Shown: piece by piece, positions 56,456 to 64,000 of the stretch
Layout: each line of letters opens with the position of its first letter
How positions within the stretch are numbered: the stretch's first letter is position 1
Assembly (NCBI GenBank): GCA_944324315.1
Contig: CALUVW010000005.1
Location: forward strand, 14,927-78,926
Direction of reading: 5' to 3'
Length of the DNA: 64,000 nucleotides
From: Candidatus Gastranaerophilales bacterium
GTDB lineage: Bacteria > Cyanobacteriota > Vampirovibrionia > Gastranaerophilales > Gastranaerophilaceae
Notes under the pieces: model-generated
What the model saw: the letters and a program-made list of their open reading frames with translations, nothing else
What the model was told of the DNA's origin: nothing
Databases searched by the model: none
Program-made: the position numbers and the translations under genes

Positions 56456-57574
56456 TTAAATATTTTTTTCTACAGGCAGAATTATATAAAAAGTTGAACC
56501 TTTCATTACTTCAGAATTTATCCAGATAGCCCCGCCCAAACGTTTGGTTATTGTATATGCCGTTCCTAAAGTGATAGAGCGGACAATAGTCTTTTTATGA
56601 ACTTTGTCAAGCTGTGTATACGGTTCAAAAATTCCTTCAAGTTCTGATTCAGCAAGCCCCATTCCTGTATCGGTTATTGAAATTCTTACGTAAGATGTAT
56701 TTTCTGCATCTTTTATTAATTTTACCCCGCATTTTTCAACAAGTTCCAAATCCGGATGGTCACATTTTATTGTTATTGAACCTGTGTCAGTTAACTTAAT
56801 AGAAGTTTCAAGAACATTTTGCAGAACGATTTTTACAGCATTTTCATCATTATATACAGCCTTTTTGGTTAATTCTTCAAAATCATAATTAACGGTTAAA
56901 TCTTTAGCATTTAGAGCGTTATCATTATTTCTTACAATTGTTTGAATTGCATTCACAATATCAAAAATTTGTTTGTCACAATGAAACAAGGACGATTCTG
57001 CCTGCGAAAATTCAAGAAACTTTTCCATAAAATATAAAAGTTCAGTTGAATTTTTGTTTATAATTTTCACATATTTATTTTGTTTGTCGTTGATTTCTCC
57101 GCCCAAACCGTCAAGCAATGCCTGTGAAAAACCTATTATAGACTGTATCGGCGATTTTATTTCATTCGAAAGCTTGACAAACATGACATTTTTTTCTTTA
57201 TTTAATCTTCCGGTTCGTTCTGCAATCGCAAGAACGTTAGTCATTGCCGTGACATCCCGGATTGTAATAAAATACTGGTCAATGTATTTTTTCGCATTCA
57301 TTTCAATAAAAAATTCTTTACCTTCTATTGTGAATGCTCCAGTAACCACGGAGTTTCTTTTTGAATAGGATTTTTCAGCCAATTCCATGCCATTTGCGAC
57401 AATTTCATCAAAATTCAAGCCTTTTAAATCTCTGATTTTACTTTCAAAAATGACAGCCGCTTTATCATTTGCCCATAAAACTTTTCCGTCAAAATCAATG
57501 ACAAAAACAGCATCCGGTAAATTGGTAATTACTTCTTTCGGGTTTATATTACTAAATAAATTAGTAAAATTCAT
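56456..57574 (-). CDS. Cytoplasmic PAS-domain sensor histidine kinase
   Basis: PAS-like N-terminus, a HisKA-like dimerisation/phosphoacceptor region (FVKLSNEIKSPIQSIIGFSQ) in which the canonical H-box His is replaced by Asn, and HATPase N/G boxes (DTGMG, GGAIW). Confidence 0.8.
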   Translation of the reverse strand: MNFTNLFSNINPKEVITNLPDAVFVIDFDGKVLWANDKAAVIFESKIRDLKGLNFDEIVANGMELAEKSYSKRNSVVTGAFTIEGKEFFIEMNAKKYIDQYFITIRDVTAMTNVLAIAERTGRLNKEKNVMFVKLSNEIKSPIQSIIGFSQALLDGLGGEINDKQNKYVKIINKNSTELLYFMEKFLEFSQAESSLFHCDKQIFDIVNAIQTIVRNNDNALNAKDLTVNYDFEELTKKAVYNDENAVKIVLQNVLETSIKLTDTGSITIKCDHPDLELVEKCGVKLIKDAENTSYVRISITDTGMGLAESELEGIFEPYTQLDKVHKKTIVRSITLGTAYTITKRLGGAIWINSEVMKGSTFYIILPVEKNI

Positions 57575-57813
57575 GGTTGCAATACTTTCCTTAATGTTGT
57601 ATACTTTATATAACTTTTATATACTACAATCATCTACACTGTACTTTTAATATATCATAAACAGTCTGTAAAAAAAGGTTATATATTAATTTTTGTAATT
57701 TTTTTTTTACAAACTAGCAAAAAAATTTCTTTTCATGTTTTAAAGCAAAAAACGAGTATAAGAGAATACAAATGTTACGGCTATGTCTGTAACCCCGAAA
57801 AAGAAAAGAGGAT

Positions 57814-58167
57814 GTGACTATGAACGAAATTCCAAAAAACGCGCAAGGTCCTAACATTCCGCAGCAGACGCAGAAAATTGAACAAGTAAAAACGGAGTCA
57901 AATCAAGAACCCCAACAGATTAAGCAGCCAGAAGTTCAGACTAAAGAAATTAATGAAATTCCTGAAAATCCGGCAGACAGAACGACTGTAAAAGTTGATA
58001 ATCTTGAAAATGATATAAAAATCTTTGCAGCAAATCCTGAATTAGCCGCAAAAGCTCTTGAAATTGCTGAATTAGCAGAAAAAAAATATGCTGATGCAGG
58101 TATTGAACAACCTGAACTTAAAGCCCTGGCTGTTGGAAAAGCTTTTGTTGATGAATTTCAAAAGTAA
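57814..58167 (+). CDS. Hypothetical Gln/Glu/Pro-rich small protein
   Basis: Track ORF. The likely ATG is at 57820 after AAGAGGATG. No motif. Confidence 0.4.
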   Translation: MTMNEIPKNAQGPNIPQQTQKIEQVKTESNQEPQQIKQPEVQTKEINEIPENPADRTTVKVDNLENDIKIFAANPELAAKALEIAELAEKKYADAGIEQPELKALAVGKAFVDEFQK

Positions 58168-58234
58168 AGCATTGATTTTATAATTAATTTTCTCTCTTCT
58201 TTAGAGAGTTAGACAGATGGTGAAAATTTTATAT

Positions 58235-58678
58235 TTATTTTTTGTCGTTTGATAAGTAATCGACAACTGCTTTAAGCCCCAGTTTATAACTATTTACCCC
58301 GAATCCTGAGATTTGTCCGATGCAAACAGGTGCTATGTATGAATGATGTCTAAACTCTTCTCGTTTGTATATATTGGTCATGTGAATTTCAACTGTTGGG
58401 ATATCGACAGCTGAGAGAGCATCTCTAATTGCAATACTTGTGTGAGTGTAAGCACCTGCATTTATAACAATGCCGTCAAAAATATTTTTTGCACTGTGAA
58501 TTTTTTCTACAATTTCTCCTTCAAAGTTGCTCTGGAAAGTCTCAAGGTCAATTCCGAGTTCAAAAGAGAAAGCATATAATTCTTTTTCTAAATCTTTTAA
58601 TGTCATGCTTCCATACTTTTCAGGTTCCCGCAATCCAAGCATATTCATATTTACGCCGTTTATAACAAGTATTTTCAT
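58235..58678 (-). CDS. aroQ: Type II 3-dehydroquinate dehydratase
   Basis: The sequence INGVNMNMLGLREPEKYG...NAGAYTHTSIAIRDAL...VEIHMTNIYKREEFRHHS is the AroQ signature. Confidence 0.9.
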   Translation of the reverse strand: MKILVINGVNMNMLGLREPEKYGSMTLKDLEKELYAFSFELGIDLETFQSNFEGEIVEKIHSAKNIFDGIVINAGAYTHTSIAIRDALSAVDIPTVEIHMTNIYKREEFRHHSYIAPVCIGQISGFGVNSYKLGLKAVVDYLSNDKK

Positions 58679-58938
58679 ATTTTTCCTCTAAACACTATTA
58701 TATTATAAAATCAATAAATTGTAAATTTTTATTAACTTTTTAATTACATGTGTAACAAAAAAAGCATGCTTGAATTATCATGCATGTACAACTATCCCCA
58801 AATCTCCTCCCAAGATTATTGTTCAAAGTCGCACACAAATATGTGTGGCTTTTTTTTATAAAATTAATACTATTGTTATGCTGAATTAGCCTTGACTTAT
58901 TAAAATAAATAACTAAAATATATAATATAAGACAGGGG

Positions 58939-59196
58939 ATGAAGATGAGACTTGTAGAAAAACTTAAAGAATTTGAAAACCAATATATGTTTATTAAATG
59001 GGCAACCGGAGGCGAATACGGAAAACTCATTTATGCAGGGGAAGATTTCATTGAGTTTAACGTGATTAATGTCGACACTATGGATTATGCTGAAACAGTC
59101 TTAATTCACAGTCCTTTGATTTTGGAAGTTGCAATTGGCGGAGCTGATGTTCAGAGGATTGTGGCTGAAGTTTCTTCAAAACTGACTATGGAATAA
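58939..59196 (+). CDS. Small hypothetical protein (85 aa)
   Basis: Track ORF with a GGGGA SD and no motif. Confidence 0.4.
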   Translation: MKMRLVEKLKEFENQYMFIKWATGGEYGKLIYAGEDFIEFNVINVDTMDYAETVLIHSPLILEVAIGGADVQRIVAEVSSKLTME

Positions 59197-59197
59197 A

Positions 59198-60040
59198 CTA
59201 TTTACATTTAGTTTTTGTTCCCCATTGTAAATCATCGCAGTGAAGATAATCCATATTTTCATTTTGTATGACCCATGCGGTACAATTACTGGCTAAAGCC
59301 CTGTTGAAACTACAAGTTTGTGAAAAATCTGGATGTTCTTGTTGTGTTCCGGTTGGCAGTATTCTGTCTTTTTTCATTTCAAACACAAAAAAGTCTTTGC
59401 CAAATTGGTTTGGTCCCCTGTAATATCCGTTTGTATCTACAAATATTTCTGCACAGTTGGTGGCATTGCTATATAGACCAATATAGTCTGTTGAGCATTT
59501 TTTAAATCCGGGGCTGACATGGAATATAATTAAAGTACCATCTTCTAAAACTAGATGTTTGTAGGAACCTTGAAAATTGTAAGCTATATGCGGAGTTCCA
59601 TTTAAATATAAATATTTTTTTGAACCAATGCAGGTATTTATTTTTTTGCAGTCATCAGCTATTTTAAAATATGGTTTAAAATACTGATTAAGTAGTACTT
59701 GTGAACCTTCTTTTGAATCCTCATCTTTTAAATCCCATTGATCAACTGTCATTCCAGTGTCATTAATCGCACTTACAAGTGCCTGGCTTAAAATAGAATA
59801 TACTTTTTTCAATTTGGCAACGGTTTCTTTTTCTCTATGATCTTGAATAAGAGATGGTATTGTCATTGATGCAACAACACCGATGATACCGAGGGTGATA
59901 AGAACTTCAGACAAAGTGAATGCAAATTTTTTTAGTCGATAAGACGTTAAGACGTTAGGACGATAAATGCGTTTCGGGGAATTACTCTTCCCCTCCCTTA
60001 TCAGGGAGGGGGGTAGGGGTGGGTATTGATCAAAACCCAT
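59198..60040 (-). CDS. Prepilin-type N-terminal domain protein with a long leader (cassette copy 4)
   Basis: MGFDQYPPLPPSLIREGKSNSPKRIYRPNVLTSYRLKKFA|FTLSEVLITLGIIGVVASMTIP. C-terminal motif VDTNGYYRGPNQFGKDFFVFEM. Confidence 0.8.
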   Translation of the reverse strand: MGFDQYPPLPPSLIREGKSNSPKRIYRPNVLTSYRLKKFAFTLSEVLITLGIIGVVASMTIPSLIQDHREKETVAKLKKVYSILSQALVSAINDTGMTVDQWDLKDEDSKEGSQVLLNQYFKPYFKIADDCKKINTCIGSKKYLYLNGTPHIAYNFQGSYKHLVLEDGTLIIFHVSPGFKKCSTDYIGLYSNATNCAEIFVDTNGYYRGPNQFGKDFFVFEMKKDRILPTGTQQEHPDFSQTCSFNRALASNCTAWVIQNENMDYLHCDDLQWGTKTKCK

Positions 60041-60177
60041 CCTAACCTTCCCTAATAAGGGAAGGAATTTATTTTTACGCGGGCACTGCCCGCCAATAAC
60101 AGCCTGCCCTCCTGCCTTCTTGACCTCCGGAAATCTGTTTATATTAAACTCACCTGAAAATACAGTATCTGTCAGTC
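60041..60177 (-). promoter_or_regulatory. Leader of pilin copy 4: SD-sequestering hairpin plus a GC hairpin
   Basis: CCTTCCC-TTATTA-GGGAAGG (60046-60065 on the + strand), then TTAGG-ATG. It also has a GCGGGC-AGT-GCCCGC hairpin and the word CCGGAGGTCAAGAAG shared with copies 1-3. Confidence 0.55.
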
Positions 60178-60216
60178 TTACGGGGGGGGGGCAATTCTAA
60201 GCTTTCTATTTAACAT
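60178..60216 (-). CDS. Upstream mini-ORF (MLNRKLRIAPPP*) running through a C10 tract; leader cassette copy 4
   Basis: A strong SD AGGAGG lies 5 nt upstream. It starts 9 nt after the stop of 60226..60870. Confidence 0.4.
   Translation of the reverse strand: MLNRKLRIAPPP
60182..60191. repeat. G10 (top strand) / C10 (gene strand) homopolymer, inverted module
   Basis: The top strand reads CGGGGGGGGGGCAATTCTAAGCT, matching the top-strand CGGGGGGGGGGCAATTCAGAGCT of copy 2. The associated pilin gene is on the opposite strand. Confidence 0.9.
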
Positions 60217-60225
60217 TTTGACCTC

Positions 60226-60870
60226 CTATATATTAAAACTTTTTCTTGAGCCTTCTTCATGGTAGAAACCTCCGCCGCAGATGGTTTCTACTACCTTTAA
60301 CACGAATTCTCTTGGAGCATCAACCTGATTGAGGTAAAATTCGCGGTTTGGAAGATGTCTGATTTTCATTATTGAATTCTGTGTTGATTCCGGCGGTATA
60401 AATAAGGATGCAACTTCATTATCAAGAAGTTTGACCATTTCTTCATCATGGTCAGTTACACCTTTCATTAATTCATAATAATTACCTCTGATTGCCATAA
60501 TTCTGCTTGAGAAGAGGTGATGACCATCCTCTCTGTATAAGGCTTGAGGCTGATAATTACATCTGGTGGTAAAGCTCATTTTGTGCCATAGAATATTAAC
60601 GATGACTATTGATTTTTGAGGATCTGTATCAACGTATATATTCTGTGTTGTAACGTTTCTTGATGAGAAAGCCTCTTTTAATGAATCAACAACTATTTGC
60701 AGGTTATCAATCATTCTTGAAAATATTTCATTGGTATTGATATTTGCGTGTTGATAATCCAGAAATTGTTTATACATGTGAGTTGAGACTAAACCGACTC
60801 TTTCCTGAATTAATGCGGATTTTCTTGCAGATGTTTCGGAATTATCAAAGCTTTCAAAATTATTTAACAA
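60226..60870 (-). CDS. Hypothetical protein (214 aa), probably co-transcribed with leader cassette 4 and its pilin gene
   Basis: Track ORF with no recognised motif. Confidence 0.5.
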   Translation of the reverse strand: MLNNFESFDNSETSARKSALIQERVGLVSTHMYKQFLDYQHANINTNEIFSRMIDNLQIVVDSLKEAFSSRNVTTQNIYVDTDPQKSIVIVNILWHKMSFTTRCNYQPQALYREDGHHLFSSRIMAIRGNYYELMKGVTDHDEEMVKLLDNEVASLFIPPESTQNSIMKIRHLPNREFYLNQVDAPREFVLKVVETICGGGFYHEEGSRKSFNI

Positions 60871-60979
60871 TTGTTACCTATCCTTTTACCCACATGTAAT
60901 AATAAACATGAATTTATGTAAACATTATATGTTTTTTCTTTACAAAGTAGAATACGTAAATGGTAGTATTTATTTATAT

Positions 60980-61717
60980 TCAAATTTTTTTGCAGATAAC
61001 AATCATCGGGCAATAAGTAAGTGGAATATCAGGATATTGGTCTTTATATCTGTCGCAAAAATTTTTGACTTCTTTGAATGTCCAATACTGTGTAGTCAGT
61101 GAGTTTACACCTGTTTTTTTTATATGTGCCAGAAGTTCAAGCGGATTTGAAAATTTTAAAGTTGTTGAAAATTCCTCAGTGTACACTATTTCAAACTCTT
61201 TTTTTAATATATTTTTTATTTCTTCTAATGATTTATAATCAAGAGAAAGCCCCGTAAGGTTACGTATTTCTTTAAAATTTTCGGGAGAAAATGTGGAAAA
61301 CGCCAGAATGCCGTCTTTCTTCAAAAATCTTTTATAATTAATGCAGACTTTTTCAAGGTTTTCAAACCACTGAAACATTGCATTTGAAATAATTAAATCC
61401 ATTTTTTGAGAGGGGGTTATCCGTTGTGCATTCCCGCAATAAAAAACTGTGTCAGGAATAATTTTATTAATATAAAACTTTGATTTTTCAATCAAATCGT
61501 TTGCAAAATATTTTTTAAAGCTTATTTTTTTTACTAGGTCACTTGTTAAAAGCCCTGTGCCGCTGCCAAGTTCAAGAATGTTGTCAAATTCTGTCCGGAT
61601 ATTAGATAAATTTTCAATTAGTTTTTCAGCCATAATTTTTTGAACAATGGCATTTTTATTATATGTATCAAAACTTTTTTCGAAATGTTTTTTTATTAGT
61701 TTAGGGTTTACTTGCAT
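60980..61717 (-). CDS. bioC: Malonyl-[ACP] O-methyltransferase BioC
   Basis: SAM-MTase motif ILELGSGTGLLT and the N-terminal IKKHFEKSFDTYNKNAIVQ typical of BioC. It lies in a bio operon. Confidence 0.8.
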   Translation of the reverse strand: MQVNPKLIKKHFEKSFDTYNKNAIVQKIMAEKLIENLSNIRTEFDNILELGSGTGLLTSDLVKKISFKKYFANDLIEKSKFYINKIIPDTVFYCGNAQRITPSQKMDLIISNAMFQWFENLEKVCINYKRFLKKDGILAFSTFSPENFKEIRNLTGLSLDYKSLEEIKNILKKEFEIVYTEEFSTTLKFSNPLELLAHIKKTGVNSLTTQYWTFKEVKNFCDRYKDQYPDIPLTYCPMIVICKKI

Positions 61718-62376
61718 AATATTTCATTCCAGCTTTTAAAATTATAATAAGGAAAATGTCCAGCTTCAAGCATTTCAATTACGGCATTATTCTTCCAAAA
61801 ATTAATCTGATTTTGTGTTGGAATAATTTTGTCATTAGTACTTATTAATGCTTTATCATAATATTTGTCATAAGATAAACGGGTATTTTTTATTTTTTCG
61901 TAAAGAGAATTGAGTTCTGTGACACGGTTTTCAATAGATCTTTCAACAGCAGTAGAGATGTAACGGTTATATTCTTCAGTTTTCGCAAAAATATTCTGGT
62001 AAAATTTCTCTTCAAGGCCCTGCTTTGCATGGCGCAGGGTTAGGAGAAACGGTTTTGCCGGTATGCCGTATTCATCATCAACAGGATAGGGTGTTCCGTT
62101 TATTGCTATTTTTTTAGAAAACTCTGGCAGTTTGTCTTTCAGAATATATGCAGCGTATACTCCCATTGACCAGCTTATTAAAAAATATTCTTTATATTCA
62201 GGAATTACCGGAATTTCAAAGTTATTATAATCATAAACCATTAAAACATCAAAATTTTCGCATTTGATAAATTCAAAAGGCTTGTAATCAAAGCTCCATC
62301 CGGTAAAAAATATAATAAGCCTGTCATTATTTTGTTTGTTTAGCCAGTGAAATTGCATCGAATAATTCCTTTTCAT
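61708..62376 (-). CDS. bioG: Pimeloyl-[ACP] methyl ester esterase, DUF452/BioG-like
   Basis: The LIIFFTGWSFD motif, a size of about 215 aa and a position between bioF and bioC. An alternative start lies at 62358. Confidence 0.55.
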   Translation of the reverse strand: MKRNYSMQFHWLNKQNNDRLIIFFTGWSFDYKPFEFIKCENFDVLMVYDYNNFEIPVIPEYKEYFLISWSMGVYAAYILKDKLPEFSKKIAINGTPYPVDDEYGIPAKPFLLTLRHAKQGLEEKFYQNIFAKTEEYNRYISTAVERSIENRVTELNSLYEKIKNTRLSYDKYYDKALISTNDKIIPTQNQINFWKNNAVIEMLEAGHFPYYNFKSWNEILCK

Positions 62377-63451
62377 TAATTTCGGTAGTAAGTGATAGTC
62401 TTAATCTGGAAGTTCCGTCAGGAACTGTCGGTGGTCTTATGGGTAGTGTAAAGTAGCCGTTATGGAACAAGATATTACATGTGTCTATTGTTTCTTTGTT
62501 GCCACCGATAATTACGGGTACGATATGACTTTGGCTCCCTGCTTTTTGCCCGATTGTAAGCATATTCATCCTTTTTTCAAATGTATAGGGCAGTTTATTT
62601 TCTATAATCCATTTTGAAAATGCAATGTTTATTGGCGGCAATGCAGTTGAGAATATAAAAGAACGGGCTTTATTAATCAAATAATCAATTAATATTTTAT
62701 TTCCTGTTGCAAAAGCTCCCATAGAGCCTATTGCTTTACCGAAAGTCCCGATAATTAAATCAACTTTATCTGTAATTCCGAGTGTTTCCGTAACTCCAAG
62801 ACCTTTTGTTCCAAATACTCCGAAAGCATGCGCTTCATCGAGAATTAAAATACAGTTATATTTTTCTTTTAACTCTACAAGTTTTATTAAATCCGCAATA
62901 TCACCGTCCATAGAAAAAACACTTTCAGAGACAATTATTGCGTTATTAAAATTTTTACGTTCTCTAATTAATAGAGTTTCAAGTGCGTTCATATTGTTAT
63001 GAGGGTATCTGAAGAATTTTCCCTGAGAAAGTCGCATACCGTCAATAATACTGGCATGATTAAGTTTATCCGAGAAAATTACATCACCTTTGCCCGCGAT
63101 AGAGCTGTTTATTCCGACATTTGCATGATAACCGCTGTTGAAAATAAGTGCGGCATCTTTATTAAACATTTCAGATATTAATGTTTCAAGTTCTCTGTAA
63201 ACAGGTAAAGTTCCGGTCAAAAGCCTTGCCGATGCACTTCCTAATGAATATTTCCCTTCAGAAAAATCCATAAATTCTTTAATTATTTGTGGGTTATCCG
63301 CAAAACCAAGATAGTTATTTGATGATAGATTAATTAGCCTTTTGCCGTTGATGTATATATATTTTTCGTCTTTTTTTTCAAAATTTTCTATATTTCTTAT
63401 GTGTGAAGCAGATTTTAGTTTGTTTAATTCTGCTGAATAAAATTCAAACAT
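62327..63451 (-). CDS. bioF: 8-amino-7-oxononanoate synthase
   Basis: PLP-dependent class II aminotransferase fold. It has DEAHAFGVFG and the TFGKA PLP-lysine motif. Confidence 0.9.
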   Translation of the reverse strand: MFEFYSAELNKLKSASHIRNIENFEKKDEKYIYINGKRLINLSSNNYLGFADNPQIIKEFMDFSEGKYSLGSASARLLTGTLPVYRELETLISEMFNKDAALIFNSGYHANVGINSSIAGKGDVIFSDKLNHASIIDGMRLSQGKFFRYPHNNMNALETLLIRERKNFNNAIIVSESVFSMDGDIADLIKLVELKEKYNCILILDEAHAFGVFGTKGLGVTETLGITDKVDLIIGTFGKAIGSMGAFATGNKILIDYLINKARSFIFSTALPPINIAFSKWIIENKLPYTFEKRMNMLTIGQKAGSQSHIVPVIIGGNKETIDTCNILFHNGYFTLPIRPPTVPDGTSRLRLSLTTEINEKELFDAISLAKQTK

Positions 63452-63563
63452 AACTGTAATTTATAATAAAAGATAAAAAATGTCCACTGAAATGGGCTTG
63501 CATTATCTTAAAAAAAGGAGTATTATCTTATTAATTTGTATAATAAGATAAGAGGTTCGTTTT

Positions 63564-64000
63564 TTGAAATTTCTTAACAAACAGTTATATTCCGGTTTTA
63601 CTCTTGCAGAGGTGCTGATAACTCTCGGTATTATAGGTGTAGTCGCTGCGATGACACTCCCTACTTTAAATCAGAAACTTTCTGACCAAAAAAATATGTC
63701 ATCTTTAAAAAAAGCATATTCCATTCTTCAACAGGCAACTCTTCTTGTAATATCAGAACATGAAGCGCCTGAATACTGGACTATTGAGGATAATGATCAA
63801 GAACTTGTAAATACTATTTATAATTATTATAAACCTCATTTCAATATGATGAGAGAATGCCAGAACAGTTCCGGATGCTGGGGATATCCGACAAAATATC
63901 TAAATGGTAATGTTTATTGGTCAGCACATAATACTTCATGGTATCAATATGCTTTTACACTCACAGATGGGATTAATGTTTTATTAGATATTTATGATAC
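63564..64000 (+). CDS. Prepilin-type N-terminal domain protein (5' partial in window; TTG start)
   Basis: LKFLNKQLYSG|FTLAEVLITLGIIGVVAAMTLP is a classical G|F cleavage site with no long leader cassette. The ORF runs off the window end. Confidence 0.7.
   Translation, partial: MKFLNKQLYSGFTLAEVLITLGIIGVVAAMTLPTLNQKLSDQKNMSSLKKAYSILQQATLLVISEHEAPEYWTIEDNDQELVNTIYNYYKPHFNMMRECQNSSGCWGYPTKYLNGNVYWSAHNTSWYQYAFTLTDGINVLLDIYD

Noticed and set aside
58740-59030. 96-aa minus-strand ORF
   Set aside because: It overlaps the start of the + strand 85-aa ORF and the putative promoter region. It has hydrophobic low-complexity composition and no SD.

Overview
AT-rich chromosomal window. It is probably from a diderm, flagellated, non-photosynthetic member of the cyanobacterial lineage (Melainabacteria/Vampirovibrionia-like). 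That placement is inferred from gene content only: atpD-atpC stands alone, and LPS heptosyltransferase, secretin, AsmA/TamB-like, TPS-domain and flagellar genes are present. Housekeeping genes include tcdA, comM/yifB, atpDC, rimO, fabI, valS, rpsA, purH, a dCMP deaminase, yidD, rubrerythrin, aroQ and bioF-bioG-bioC. Interleaved with them are surface and motility modules. One is a type IV pilus/T2SS-like core of a PilP-like protein, secretin, GspE/PilB ATPase and GspF/PilC. One is a flagellar cluster of fliE, fliF, a FliG-N-like gene, fliH and flhA. There is also a 1,306-aa TPS-domain exoprotein that ends in a canonical PilZ domain, and six dispersed prepilin-type (FTLAEVLITLGIIGVV) genes. I recognised no rRNA, tRNA, CRISPR array or transposase. 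The main finding is a conserved leader cassette of about 200-250 nt in front of four of the six pilin-like genes. Each cassette has an SD-equipped upstream mini-ORF that runs through an exact 10-nt G (or C) homopolymer. In all four loci the mini-ORF lies one nucleotide out of frame with the pilin frame. The pilin frame stays open back to the tract in three loci, and one pilin gene has no other usable start codon. In the fourth cassette the homopolymer module is inverted but the frame relationship is kept. Twin C-rich/G-rich hairpins sequester the pilin SD. Other observations are a dispersed hairpin repeat with compensatory changes, a nested-palindrome GC-rich island upstream of atpD, a paralogous protein family with conserved termini and a variable core near the flagellar genes, an MshEN-type motif in the pilus ATPase, and several simple-sequence repeats.
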